Below are positions 9,200-20,140 of a stretch of 64,000 bases of DNA, one piece after another. Every line of letters begins with the position of its first letter. Within the stretch, counting starts at the first letter, position 1. Both the position numbers and the translations under genes were made by a program. Source of the stretch: Candidatus Latescibacterota bacterium (GTDB lineage Bacteria; Latescibacterota; UBA2968; UBA8231); assembly GCA_965248265.1 (NCBI GenBank), contig CBDFJF010000002.1, positions 2,944,001 to 3,008,000 on the forward strand, in the 5' to 3' direction. The notes beneath the pieces were generated by a model, which was not told the DNA's origin, did not search any database, and was given only the letters and a program-made list of their open reading frames with translations.

Positions 9200-10309
9200 A
9201 TGAAGGTCCTTAAGGATGGATTCCAGATGGCAGTAATTTATCCAGATTACGATTGCCTTCTCGAACGTGTCAGTGCCTCGACTGCTTCGATGCGGACGCT
9301 GGGGGTCACCATTGATGGCGCCCCGATAGTTGCAGCCCGCGGTGGAGGCGACAAGCAACCGGGCATTTTTATCACTGCGGGCAGTCATTCCACCGAGCAG
9401 GCTGGGGTTTCGGCGGCCGTGGATCTGATAGCCGGACTCGACACGGAGCACGAGGTCCACGTCATCCCGACGCGCGATCCAGTCGGCCTGAATGGGTTCG
9501 CCCACGCATTGAGCCTGGGCATGGGTGAGACTCCGTCGTTCGAGACCTTCGACGAAGTTGAGGATATTCTGCGCCGGGAAGGGGCTGTGTTATTCGAAGA
9601 GGAGGGGATGGTATTGTCCCTCATCGGTGATTTCGGTTACGTCAGTCGTCGACCGGATGACGGATGGTGCCCACAATGGTCGGCCTACAAGAGACTGCAG
9701 AAACTGCGTGAGGAAAACCCTGAGGTGCTGGCGCCGCTGACGGGACGCCGCGTTTACATGACCCCGGGTCAGACCGGAGTGGAAGGCACAGGGGACTTCG
9801 GCCGGGCCTACACCCTGATCTTCAGTCCGGAGGGAGAGGTCCTGCACATCAATCGCTTCCATGACACCGCCTGGGCGCCGGTCGAACCCCGGGTGGCGGT
9901 GCGATTGATGCAGGAGGTCAATCCGGGAATCAGCTTTGACCTGCATGAGTCCCAGTTGATGGAGGATCGTTTCTGGCTATCGGCCCGCACCCAGGCGGAT
10001 TCGGAGAATCAGCAGTGGGAGGCGCAAGCCGCCACCGAGACGATCGCGGCGATTGCGGCCTCGGGTGCGACCCTGGCCGAAGATGACGACACCCACATGC
10101 CCTGGTTCGATCAATCCGAGAAAGCCGTATTCTGGTTGGACGCCAACCGGCGCGGCGAAGGGCTGAACCTGATGGACTTTGCCTCTCGCTATCACGGTCT
10201 CGCCTTCGGCACGGAGATGGGCATGTACGGCAGCTTCGAGCACCGGGTCGGATTGGCGCTGCTCACGGTGAAGACGGCCGTTTCGGTCTTTGAAGAGCGC
10301 TACCGTTGA
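9200..10309 (+). CDS. M14-like zinc carboxypeptidase/deacylase-fold protein
   Basis: ITAGSHSTE (HxxE), INRF, FDLHES and a distal GTE. Confidence 0.65.
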   Translation: MKVLKDGFQMAVIYPDYDCLLERVSASTASMRTLGVTIDGAPIVAARGGGDKQPGIFITAGSHSTEQAGVSAAVDLIAGLDTEHEVHVIPTRDPVGLNGFAHALSLGMGETPSFETFDEVEDILRREGAVLFEEEGMVLSLIGDFGYVSRRPDDGWCPQWSAYKRLQKLREENPEVLAPLTGRRVYMTPGQTGVEGTGDFGRAYTLIFSPEGEVLHINRFHDTAWAPVEPRVAVRLMQEVNPGISFDLHESQLMEDRFWLSARTQADSENQQWEAQAATETIAAIAASGATLAEDDDTHMPWFDQSEKAVFWLDANRRGEGLNLMDFASRYHGLAFGTEMGMYGSFEHRVGLALLTVKTAVSVFEERYR

Positions 10310-11058
10310 AAGGTGAGCTGCAGGGGCAAGTGGCCGTCGTTACCGGCGCGGCCCAGGGCATGGGCGCGGCTGTCGCCGGGTGTCTGGCCGTCCACGGTGC
10401 GCAGGTAGTCCTGGCCGATGTTAATGAAGAGAAGGTGCAGGCTGAGGCCGAAGCCGTTCGTGCCGCGGGAGGCGCTGCCGCCGCTTTCGAAGTAGATGTA
10501 ACCGACGAAAAGCGCGTGGCCGCAATGGTCGCGTTCGCCAGCGATACCTACGGGGACGTGCAGGTCCTCGTCAACAGCGCAGGAATACTGCGCAGCACTC
10601 GAGTTGGGGCAATCACCAAGTCGGAGTGGGACCTCGTACTCGACGTCAATCTGAACGGGACATTCCTGTGTTGCGCTGCTGTGTTGGAAGGGATGCAGAA
10701 GAGCGGGTATGGCCGCATCATCAACCTCGCTTCCTCGGCCGGGCGCAGCGTCAGTACTTTAGGTGGAGCTCATTACACGGCGTCCAAGGCGGGAGTAATC
10801 GGGCTGACGCGGGCGCTGGCGAAAGAGCTGGGGCCGCACGGTATCACCGCCAATGCGATCTGTCCTGGCTTGATCGATACCGAGATGGTGCAGGAAAACT
10901 GCGCGCGCGAACGCGTACAGGAATACACCGACAGTTTTCCGGTCATGCGCTTGGGAACACCGGGGGAGGTTGCCGAACTGGTGCGCTTTCTCGTCACCGC
11001 TGGGGGCTACATCACCGGCGCCTGCCTCGACATCAACGGTGGCGACCTCATGGTCTAG
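10306..11058 (+). CDS. SDR-family NAD(P)-dependent oxidoreductase (FabG-like)
   Basis: TGAAQGMG, VNSAG, YTASK (YxxxK), PG.IDT, DINGG. The stop codon TAG overlaps the IS630 end. Confidence 0.93.
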   Translation: MKGELQGQVAVVTGAAQGMGAAVAGCLAVHGAQVVLADVNEEKVQAEAEAVRAAGGAAAAFEVDVTDEKRVAAMVAFASDTYGDVQVLVNSAGILRSTRVGAITKSEWDLVLDVNLNGTFLCCAAVLEGMQKSGYGRIINLASSAGRSVSTLGGAHYTASKAGVIGLTRALAKELGPHGITANAICPGLIDTEMVQENCARERVQEYTDSFPVMRLGTPGEVAELVRFLVTAGGYITGACLDINGGDLMV

Positions 11059-11079
11059 TGCTCTGTTAAGAAATCGAGC

Positions 11080-11108
11080 TTGTACTTTGTCGTAAGTCGT
11101 GGTATCAT
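11080..11108 (+). promoter_or_regulatory. Sigma70-type promoter of the IS630 transposase
   Basis: TTGTAC-N17-TATCAT with TG extension. AGGAGG at 11131-11136 precedes ATG 11145. Confidence 0.55.
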
Positions 11109-11144
11109 GGATACATATGGTGAATCCTTCAGGAGGGTGATGCT

Positions 11145-12205
11145 ATGTGTCTCCATGCTCGTTCGCCGAACGCGGCGGAGTCTAAGGAACTGGGACGGTG
11201 GCTGAAACGGCCTCGCAACGCCGTGCAGATGCGCCGTGGGCAGTTGATCTCGTTCAGCGCCCAGGGCATGCGCGTCCAGGAGATCTCGGATACACTGCAT
11301 CTGCATGAGGAGTACGTTCGCCAGTTGATCCGCCAGTACAACGAAGGGGGATTGACGGTTTTGCGCACTCGGGCACGTCCGGGGCGTCCTTCGAAGTTGA
11401 CGCCGGAAGACGAATCCGTGGTGGTGGAAATTGCCACGATGCCTCCTCGCGCGTTCGGCCAGCCGTTCAACCAGTGGTCGTTGCGCAAGCTGACTGACTG
11501 CCTGGTGGGACGGCAGATGATTCCCGAGGTTTCGCATGTGACCATCGGAAAAATCTTGGATCAACATAAGGTTACCTATCAACGCACGCGCACTTGGAAA
11601 GAATCAAAGGACCCGGAGTTTGTCTCTAAAAAAAACGCATCAACCGACTCTACAAGCGGGCGCCGAAAGACACGGTCGTAGTCTGTTTCGACGAACTGGG
11701 ACCAGTCCAGATCAAGCCGCATGCCGGTGCTTCCTGGGCCCCACACAAGCGCCCGGTCCGGCATCGGGCAACCTATAGCCGCCACGGCGGCGTCAGCTAT
11801 TTCTTTGGAGCCTATAACGTCCATGAGGACATCCTGTGGATGCATCACAAACCCAAGAAACACGCGTCGGTCGTACTCGATTTCCTCAAGGCCATTCGGC
11901 TCCGCTATCGCACGGCGAAGCGGATCTATGTCGTCATGGATAATCTGTCGACGCACAAGACACCGCCGATCTTGCAGTGGTGCCGACGAAACCGGGTCTC
12001 GCCGGTCTTCACCGCCACCAACGCGTCATGGATGAATCGGCTCGAATGTCACCTCACGGCAGCCCATTACTTCGTCATCAAAAACAGCGATCCCAACGAT
12101 CATCGAGAAGTCGGCCAGCGCATGCAGGAGTACCTGAGGTGGCGAAACAAGAACACCGACAACGCCAAGCTGGCCAAAGTCCAAAACTCAATGCCCACTC
12201 TTTAA
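11145..12205 (+). CDS. IS630 transposase via -1 frameshift at the A8 run 11628-11635 (~353 aa)
   Basis: orfA (HTH: RPGRP, WSLRKL) ends ...EFVSKK. The -1 frame continues KKRINRLY...VCFDELGP...VMDNLSTH...SWMNRLE, giving the D,D,E triad. Confidence 0.9.
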
Positions 12206-12215
12206 CAGAGCACTA

Positions 12216-12310
12216 GCGGCCTGCAATTGTATTGCGGCCTCCGGCCGCAGCTGCAATCATAACGCGGCCTCCGGCCGCGAAGGACAATCCCAATGCGGCC
12301 TTTCGGCCGC
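12216..12310. repeat. Array of short REP-like palindromes with ~30-bp period
   Basis: GCGGCC-TCC-GGCCGC at 12234-12248 and 12264-12278, GCGGCC-TTTC-GGCCGC at 12295-12310, and a half copy at 12216. Confidence 0.7.
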
Positions 12311-12328
12311 TGCCCGTTCCCGGGTGCA

Positions 12329-13513
12329 TCAGATTCCCATTTCCTGTTTGGCTTCAGCGAATTTTTCCAGCGCCAGCTCGAGGTCTTCTCGCGAGTGCGC
12401 CGCCGACACCTGGGTGCGGATCCGCGCCGTGCCCTCAGGTACTACCGGATAGAAGAATCCCACCACGTAGATTCCCTTTTCCAACATTAGGGCAGCCATT
12501 CGCTGAGCCAGCGAGGCCTCGCCAAGCATGATGGGCACGATCGGGTGGGTACCCGATTGGATTTTCAGGCCGAGATCGGTAAGGCCCTTTCGAAAAAAAC
12601 TCGTGTTCTCACCCAGCCTGTGGCGCAGATCGGGTGAACGGGTGATGAGCTCGATGGCCTTGAGTGAAGCGGAGACGATGCTGGGGGCCAGGGTGTTGGA
12701 GAACAGGTAAGGACGCGATCGCTGCCGCAGCAACTCGATGATTTCCGCCTTGCCGCTGGTATATCCACCGCTGGCGCCACCCAGGGCTTTGCCCATGGTT
12801 CCGGTGATGATGTCCACTCTGTCGATCACATCGCACAGTTCGTGCGTCCCCCGGCCGTTCTCACCGACGAAGCCGACCGCATGCGAATCGTCGACCATGA
12901 CCAGCGCGTCGTGGGCCTGGGCCAGATCGCATATTGGGCCCAGCTCAGCGAAGTGGCCGTCCATGGAGAACACGCCATCGGTGGCGATCAGGCGGAAGCG
13001 GGCGTCGCCGGCCTCCTTCAGCTGGGCCTCCAGGTCGTGCATGTCCGAGTGGGCGTAACGCAGCCGGCGCGCCTTGCACAGGCGAATTCCATCTATGATG
13101 CTGGCGTGATTGAGCGCATCGCTGAGAACGGCGTCCTCAGCGTCCAGCAACGTCTCGAAGAGACCACCGTTAGCGTCGAAACACGAGGTGTAGAGGATGG
13201 TGTCTTCGGTTTGCAGAAACTGAGATATGGTGCGTTCGAGTTCCCGGTGTATGTCCTGGGTGCCGCATATGAAGCGGACCGAGGACAGGCCGAACCCATA
13301 GCGCGCGTAGCTGTCCCTGGCCGCCGCCACGATCTCGGGATGATTCGCCAAGCCCAGGTAATTATTGGCGCAGAAATTGACGACTTCGCGGCCGTCGGCA
13401 GTGGCGATCTGTGCCTGTTGCGGCGTCGTGATGACGCGCTCTTCCTTGTAGAGGTCGTCGGAGCGTAGGCGTTGGAGCTGGTCCTTCAAGTGGGCGCGAA
13501 GGGCTTCGTTCAT
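12329..13513 (-). CDS. kbl: Glycine C-acetyltransferase (2-amino-3-ketobutyrate CoA ligase)
   Basis: [44 protein letters not shown] (PLP Lys), [11 protein letters not shown]. Confidence 0.97.
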   Translation of the reverse strand: MNEALRAHLKDQLQRLRSDDLYKEERVITTPQQAQIATADGREVVNFCANNYLGLANHPEIVAAARDSYARYGFGLSSVRFICGTQDIHRELERTISQFLQTEDTILYTSCFDANGGLFETLLDAEDAVLSDALNHASIIDGIRLCKARRLRYAHSDMHDLEAQLKEAGDARFRLIATDGVFSMDGHFAELGPICDLAQAHDALVMVDDSHAVGFVGENGRGTHELCDVIDRVDIITGTMGKALGGASGGYTSGKAEIIELLRQRSRPYLFSNTLAPSIVSASLKAIELITRSPDLRHRLGENTSFFRKGLTDLGLKIQSGTHPIVPIMLGEASLAQRMAALMLEKGIYVVGFFYPVVPEGTARIRTQVSAAHSREDLELALEKFAEAKQEMGI

Positions 13514-13526
13514 CGGCTCATCCTAT

Positions 13527-13602
13527 AGGAGCCTGTCCGAGTATCCCATTTGGGCTGCGGGAACGTCATTGCCTATCAAAGCGAATACTCGGACAGGCTC
13601 CT
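13527..13602. repeat. 76-bp MITE-like element with 18-bp perfect terminal inverted repeats
   Basis: aggagcctgtccgagtat (13527-13544) and atactcggacaggctcct (13585-13602) fill the tdh-kbl gap. Confidence 0.7.
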
Positions 13603-13607
13603 CGCGA

Positions 13608-14639
<1,032 letters not shown>

Positions 14640-14640
14640 T

Positions 14641-14672
14641 TAGGAGCCTGTCCGAGTATCCCATTTGGGCTG
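14641..14672. repeat. 32-bp exact copy of 13526-13557
   Basis: taggagcctgtccgagtatcccatttgggctg occurs at both positions. Confidence 0.9.
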
Positions 14673-14704
14673 AGGCGGCTATTAGCGATGTCAAGCGCTG
14701 CTGT

Positions 14705-15877
14705 CTATAGAGGCCAATGCAGGCTGTATCCGATACCGACCAGCAGGTTGCGATCCGAGGTGATCTGCACGTCGTTGACACGCTGGTACAGCGGCAACTG
14801 GTAGTAGCCATACAGCGACATGCCTTGTATCAGCTCGAGTTGAAGTCCCGGACTCAGGTAAACGTAGGTTCCTCCGGTGGCGTCGACGAGTTCTCCCATC
14901 CTGCCGGCTCCGTCCTCACTGCGCCAACGATAGGCCACCTGCGACAGGGCGACCATGCGTTTGGATAGTGGCACCCTTATTCCGGCATGGCTGACCGCTT
15001 CGTGTCCGAAACGATACCCCCCATCTCCGGAGAGATTCAGTCTCAACCGTGCACTTGCGTACCAGTGGGACGGCTCATGATGAGAGACGAAGGGCAGTGC
15101 CATCAACCCACGAGATGAGAGCTCGGTGAGAAAACCGAAGCCCCCCGATCCGGGTTGCAGGCTGGGCTCCGCCAACGTGCCTTCGCTGTTGCGGACTCGC
15201 GTGGTCCCGGTCGGCAGGATGAGCCCGAGGCTGGCCGTCAGCTGAAGCTGCTCGGCTGTCTTGCCCAGCAGCCGCAGGCGCGTCCATGCGGTGATGTCGC
15301 CAAGTTCGGTGTAGTGCCAAGCATCCAGCGTTCCGGCGTCGGCGCCGTCGGAGTGGTCACCGCTGCCATCATCATGATCTTCTTCTGCGTGGTCGTCATC
15401 CTGAGCCAAGCCTGCGCCGATCATCTTGCCATCGACGTGGTCATCCTCGGGTATATCGTCATCATTGTGTCCGGGGTGTCCGGCGACAGCAATGTGTGAG
15501 TGTGTTCTTCTGACAAATGGGATCGTCAGATCCAGTGACCACACCGGGTTCACGGTGAAGGAACCCCGCAGGTTGACGGTCCGTGTTGAGGTCTGGAGCT
15601 CATCGTGATCCGGTCGGCGGACCTGTTGGAAGGCAACTTTCTGACTGCCGAGACGGGGTACATCCTGCTGGATGTCCTCGAAATCGATGTGCAGGCCCAA
15701 GGCGCCAGGCAAGTCTGATTTCAGCGTTTTGACGCTGGAGAGATCCAGTGGGCAGCTTTCTATGCCACAACTGCCAAGGGCCGGCCCCGTTGTCAGAACA
15801 TTGATCCCCAAAACGAGGGGGATCAAATGCGCAGTCAATGATTGTTTCCGCTTGGTTTGCTTGGACTTCACTCGCAC
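14705..15877 (-). CDS. Putative outer-membrane beta-barrel transporter with a His/Asp-rich loop
   Basis: Signal-peptide-like N-terminus then CGIESC. GDI...R, LPTG, LQPGSG, TGG..VYLSPG, QLPLYQ.VN..Q and an amphipathic terminal strand. Internal H/D-rich insert. Confidence 0.65.
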   Translation of the reverse strand: MRVKSKQTKRKQSLTAHLIPLVLGINVLTTGPALGSCGIESCPLDLSSVKTLKSDLPGALGLHIDFEDIQQDVPRLGSQKVAFQQVRRPDHDELQTSTRTVNLRGSFTVNPVWSLDLTIPFVRRTHSHIAVAGHPGHNDDDIPEDDHVDGKMIGAGLAQDDDHAEEDHDDGSGDHSDGADAGTLDAWHYTELGDITAWTRLRLLGKTAEQLQLTASLGLILPTGTTRVRNSEGTLAEPSLQPGSGGFGFLTELSSRGLMALPFVSHHEPSHWYASARLRLNLSGDGGYRFGHEAVSHAGIRVPLSKRMVALSQVAYRWRSEDGAGRMGELVDATGGTYVYLSPGLQLELIQGMSLYGYYQLPLYQRVNDVQITSDRNLLVGIGYSLHWPL

Positions 15878-16213
15878 TCAGCTCCTCCCTTCTCCCATGC
15901 ACTGGATCATGGGCGGATCGGGTGGGAAATACCTTGTGAAGGTACGGCGATGTCGTCGATCGACAAGGCCTGCACTGAAACGTTGCGGAGCAAGAGTGAC
16001 CTCCTTCGGCCTTGGCCGTCCGACGGCGATCCCGTACCTTTCTTGATAACCTCCCGCACTCGACTACGTACCAGGTCGTTTTAGTTTGATTTCAGCGGAT
16101 CTCCACACCAGGGTTTTGCCGATTCGCGCAGGAGTGTTGCAAGCTGAAACGCATGAGGTTCTCACGCGTCATGAGATTGAACAACATCTCACCTTCATCC
16201 GCGCCCCGGGCCA

Positions 16214-17785
16214 ATGTTCATGACATCGACGGAATCCTCTAGAGAATTCGGCCCAGCGCTGACGGCCAGCCCCGGGCAGGGCTCCTGGGGGACGGCAGGG
16301 TTGAGTCAACGGCCCCGCGGCAGCTTCCGTCGCCGGCTCGTGCTCAGCTTCGTAACCCTGGCCATGCTGGTCGTCGGCGGTAGCGGTTGGATTCTGTATG
16401 AGCGCGCGCTCGAGAGTCTAGAGGCTCAACTGAGCAGCCGCTTGGTAGCTGAAGCCCGCCTCATCGCCAATGGGCTGCCGACCGGGATTGCCCGAATCGT
16501 GCGCCCGGGCTTCGAGCAATATGCCTACTACAAGCGCTACACCAAGTGGCTGCGCGAATCCCAGCAGATGATCGGGGCTCGCCGGATCTACGTGTTCGAC
16601 AAGAATAACCGTAGTCTCCTCGACACCGAGCCCGATATCAAGATCGGCCGGCCGTATTCGGTCCTCAAATACCGCGACCGCCCGCAGGTCGATGACATCT
16701 GGCAGGGCCAGGCGAGCCACACCACCCGTTTCAAGCAGCCGGAGACCGGCGTCGATCTCATGACGGGCTATGCCCCGATGCTGAACAAGCAAGGGGAGGT
16801 CATCGCCGGAGTAGGGGTCGAGATCGGCAGTGGCTTCATGAACGCCATTCACGGGTTCAAGCGCTCGGTCTACTTCTTTGCCGTATTAAGTGCCTTGCTG
16901 ACGCTGATTCTCGGACTTGGCATGGCGCGCCAGGTGACTCGTCCGATCAAGCGCCTGGTGACGGCGGCTCGCGAGATCGGTCGCGGCAACCTGGACCAGG
17001 CCGTAGAAACCTCGGCGAGCGACGAGATTGGGTATCTCAGCGTGACGATGGAGGAGATGCGGCAGAAGCTGCTGACTCGCGAGCGCCAACTGAGGCAGAT
17101 GCTGGCCGGTGTTGCTCACGAAATCCGCAATCCGCTCGGCGGCATTGAGATCTACGCCGGTCTGATTGCAGACGATCTACCCGAAGGAGATGAACGCAAG
17201 CAGCACATACTGAAGGTGATCGGGGAAGTGCGCACCCTCAACGAGGTCATCGCGGAGTTCCTCGAGTTTGCCCGTCCGGTGCCGTCCGATCCTGTCATGA
17301 CCCCTGTCGCCGGCCTGATTGAGGACGCGGCCTTTCTGCTCAATCCCGAGATGGAGCGAGCACAGATTGATTACCGGACCGATGTACCGGCCGATCTCAA
17401 TGTCTACGCCGACGGCGAGCAGATAAAGCGCGCGCTGATCAACCTGATGAAGAACGCCATCCAGGCGATGGGGGATGGAGGTAGGTTGAGTGTCAGCGCC
17501 CGCAACGGCGATGGCGAAGTTGCGATCGAAGTGGCCGACACGGGCCCCGGTGTTCCGCTGGACGTAGTGGAACGGCTCTTCGAACCTTTTTTTACCACCC
17601 GTGAGCAGGGCTCCGGGCTCGGCTTGCCAATCGTGCAGCAGACGCTGGAGAAGAACAGAGGACGGGTAGAGTTGGAAAGCGTACCAGGCAGGGGGACGTC
17701 GGTGAAGATGTACCTTCCGGCCACTGGCGAGACGGCCGGCCTTACTACGGTTGACGGTCACAACGGCATGCACGGTCCCGGATGA
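16214..17785 (+). CDS. Membrane HAMP-domain sensor histidine kinase (NtrB/ZraS-like)
   Basis: Two TM helices, HAMP (TRPIKRL...DEIG.L), H-box AHEIRNPL, N-box NL.KNA.QA, DTGPG, FEPFFTT, GSGLGL. Confidence 0.95.
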   Translation: MFMTSTESSREFGPALTASPGQGSWGTAGLSQRPRGSFRRRLVLSFVTLAMLVVGGSGWILYERALESLEAQLSSRLVAEARLIANGLPTGIARIVRPGFEQYAYYKRYTKWLRESQQMIGARRIYVFDKNNRSLLDTEPDIKIGRPYSVLKYRDRPQVDDIWQGQASHTTRFKQPETGVDLMTGYAPMLNKQGEVIAGVGVEIGSGFMNAIHGFKRSVYFFAVLSALLTLILGLGMARQVTRPIKRLVTAAREIGRGNLDQAVETSASDEIGYLSVTMEEMRQKLLTRERQLRQMLAGVAHEIRNPLGGIEIYAGLIADDLPEGDERKQHILKVIGEVRTLNEVIAEFLEFARPVPSDPVMTPVAGLIEDAAFLLNPEMERAQIDYRTDVPADLNVYADGEQIKRALINLMKNAIQAMGDGGRLSVSARNGDGEVAIEVADTGPGVPLDVVERLFEPFFTTREQGSGLGLPIVQQTLEKNRGRVELESVPGRGTSVKMYLPATGETAGLTTVDGHNGMHGPG

Positions 17786-19164
17786 GTCGAATTCTCGTCG
17801 TCGACGACAACGAGACCATGCGGTCTGGCATCACCCTGGTCGTCGAGCGCATGGAGCACGAGGCGGCGGCCGCGGCCAGTGGCAAGGATGCGCTGGCGCT
17901 CCTCGGTGACCGGGAGTTCGATCTCGTCATCACCGACTATCGCATGGACGAGATGGATGGCCTGCGGGTGCTCGAGGCGGTGAAGGAGCACCACGCCGAT
18001 ACGGACGTCATGATCATCACGGCTCACGGGACCATCGAGATTGCCGTGGACGCGATGAAACTCGGGGCAGCCGATTTCATCACCAAGCCCTTCCCCCCCG
18101 ACGCGTTGCGGTTGAAGATCGACCGGGTACTCAAACATCGGGACGATCGCCAGGAGCGCATGCGTCTTGGTGAGGAAAACCGCTACTTGAGGGAAGAGAT
18201 CGGCGTCCGCTACGGGGAAATCGTCGGAAAGTCGGACAAGATCAGAGAGATTCTCTCCCTCACGGAGAGAATCAGCGGGGCCGATTCCTCCGTCCTCATC
18301 TACGGCGAAAGCGGCACGGGTAAGGAGCTGGTGGCCCGCGCCATCCATAACTCCAGCAGCCGCTCGAACGGTCCCTTCGTCAAGGTGAACTGCGGATCCC
18401 TCCCCAAGGAGCTCGTGGAGAGCGAGTTATTCGGCCATGAAAAGGGCTCGTTCACGGGAGCGGTACGTCTAAAGAAGGGAAAGTTCGAACTCGCCGAGGC
18501 CGGAAGCATCTTTCTGGATGAAATAGGGGACATACCGCTGGATACCCAGGTGAGGCTGTTACGGGTACTGCAGGAGAAGGAATTCGACCGAGTTGGGGGG
18601 GAGCGCACGTTGACGGCGGATGTCCGGGTCGTGGCTGCAACCAACCGACCGCTGAAAGAAATGGTCGCCGACGGAGTCTTCCGAGAGGATCTGTACTACC
18701 GGCTGGAGGTCATCCCACTGCTGTTGCCGCCGCTGCGCGAACGCAAGGAGGACATCCCCTTGCTCGCGGAGCATTTCCTGATTAAAAAATGTCGGGAAAT
18801 GAATCTGCCCCTCAGGCGTCTAACAGCCGACGCCCTCGAGTTGCTAGGCAAATATCCGTGGCCGGGAAACGTCCGGGAGCTGGAAAACGTGATCGAGCGT
18901 ACGGTCGTTCTCGGTGACGGGGTCACGATTGGGGCGAGCGATCTGCCGCTGGGTGCGGGGGATGAAGTGGGGGAGGATGACCAAGTCCAGATGGACGATG
19001 TGGGCGGCGACGTGTTGCTGAACGAACGACTGGAAGGGCTTGAAAGGAGATTGATCACGGAGGCCATGGGAAAAGCCCAGGGGGTCAAGACGAAGGCGGC
19101 CGAGCTGCTTGGCATCAAGACCAGTGCCCTCTACTACAAGCTGGACAAATACGGAGTGGAATAG
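17782..19164 (+). CDS. Sigma54-dependent response regulator, NtrC family
   Basis: Receiver (VVDD...TD..M...KPF), AAA+ GESGTGKE, ESELFGHEKGSFTGA, WPGNVRELEN and a Fis-type HTH. Confidence 0.96.
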   Translation: MSRILVVDDNETMRSGITLVVERMEHEAAAAASGKDALALLGDREFDLVITDYRMDEMDGLRVLEAVKEHHADTDVMIITAHGTIEIAVDAMKLGAADFITKPFPPDALRLKIDRVLKHRDDRQERMRLGEENRYLREEIGVRYGEIVGKSDKIREILSLTERISGADSSVLIYGESGTGKELVARAIHNSSSRSNGPFVKVNCGSLPKELVESELFGHEKGSFTGAVRLKKGKFELAEAGSIFLDEIGDIPLDTQVRLLRVLQEKEFDRVGGERTLTADVRVVAATNRPLKEMVADGVFREDLYYRLEVIPLLLPPLRERKEDIPLLAEHFLIKKCREMNLPLRRLTADALELLGKYPWPGNVRELENVIERTVVLGDGVTIGASDLPLGAGDEVGEDDQVQMDDVGGDVLLNERLEGLERRLITEAMGKAQGVKTKAAELLGIKTSALYYKLDKYGVE

Positions 19165-19173
19165 ATAGCAAAA

Positions 19174-20139
19174 GTGCGAATAGCTCAAGAAGGGACGATC
19201 CTGCTGATGATGGTATCCGCAGGATTGACAGCATCAGCCTCAAACAGCCAGATCCTGGATCTCGATTCACTCAAATCGGTGCAACGGGGTCTGCATGTGG
19301 CCAAGCGGGATCTGATGGAACTGCAAACCCATCAAGAAACCCTGGCCGACAGTCTGTCCAAGGCAATCACCCTGCACCGGCAGCAATCGGCTTCCGGCGA
19401 GTTGATCGAAACGCTCATTCGCCTGGATACCAACTGCCGGGCCCTGGATGCCTTCATCCAACAGCGAGAGCAGCTCGAGTCGAAGGAAGCGACCCTGCGA
19501 CCGGAGCTGAGGGCAGCCTATGATTGGGAGATCAGCCGTTTGTTCACGGAACTGCGTGAGCAGCCCGATGAAGGACTGCTGCTGCAGCTGACGATCTTTC
19601 AGGAGGAGCGCGAAGCGCTCGGCGATGAGATCGTCGACTCACAGATGCGCTATGGCGAGGATATGGCGTTGTCCGACGCCGACGGGCCGGACGAGATCCA
19701 TCAGAAGATCGAGTTGCTGGAGGGTATGGCCAGCGGCTACAGCAAGCGGGCAGATAAGATCGCCAGACGGCTACGCACTCTGGAGGAGGAGAGCAGGCTC
19801 GCCCGGACCATCGCCATGACAACCCGGTTGTCCCGACGAGAAGCTGTGGGGCCTCCCGTGCACCAGCTGCATGGCGTGCACGAGGGCGGCAACAGCGGGC
19901 TCTTGCCTGAGGTTGCCCATCTCCAGGAGAGCATGATTCCAGGGGGGACCGTCGTTCAGGCGTCGACCGTGCGTCCCACCACCAGGACAAGACTTCCGCG
20001 AAGCTTTTCGCTGGATCTGTACATCGAAGGGCTGAAGGTTCAACAGCGAGAGGTGGCGCAGATCCAAGCAGTCGTCCAGGAGCGAATCGCGGTCTTCCGG
20101 TTGCGCCTTGAGGAGCTTCTCGACGACGGAGAACAGTGA
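19174..20139 (+). CDS. Hypothetical, probably exported coiled-coil protein
   Basis: Long ORF directly after ntrC. Hydrophobic N-terminus and heptad-rich helices. No recognised motif. Confidence 0.55.
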   Translation: MRIAQEGTILLMMVSAGLTASASNSQILDLDSLKSVQRGLHVAKRDLMELQTHQETLADSLSKAITLHRQQSASGELIETLIRLDTNCRALDAFIQQREQLESKEATLRPELRAAYDWEISRLFTELREQPDEGLLLQLTIFQEEREALGDEIVDSQMRYGEDMALSDADGPDEIHQKIELLEGMASGYSKRADKIARRLRTLEEESRLARTIAMTTRLSRREAVGPPVHQLHGVHEGGNSGLLPEVAHLQESMIPGGTVVQASTVRPTTRTRLPRSFSLDLYIEGLKVQQREVAQIQAVVQERIAVFRLRLEELLDDGEQ

Positions 20140-20140
20140 G

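Larger units (their letters stand above)
11058..12213 (+). mobile_element. IS630-family insertion sequence, apparently intact (~1.16 kb)
   Basis: Perfect inverted ends ctagtgctctgttaa (11055-11069) and ttaacagagcactag (12202-12216), including a duplicated TA (11056-57, 12214-15). Contains a DDE transposase. Confidence 0.93.

Noticed and set aside
11145-12205. Transposase pseudogene
   Set aside because: The break falls at an A8 slippery run in the usual IS630 position, and the ends and DDE triad are intact.
15878-16213. Small upstream ORF ending ...FPPDPP before the barrel gene
   Set aside because: That frame is closed by an upstream stop and has no usable start codon.
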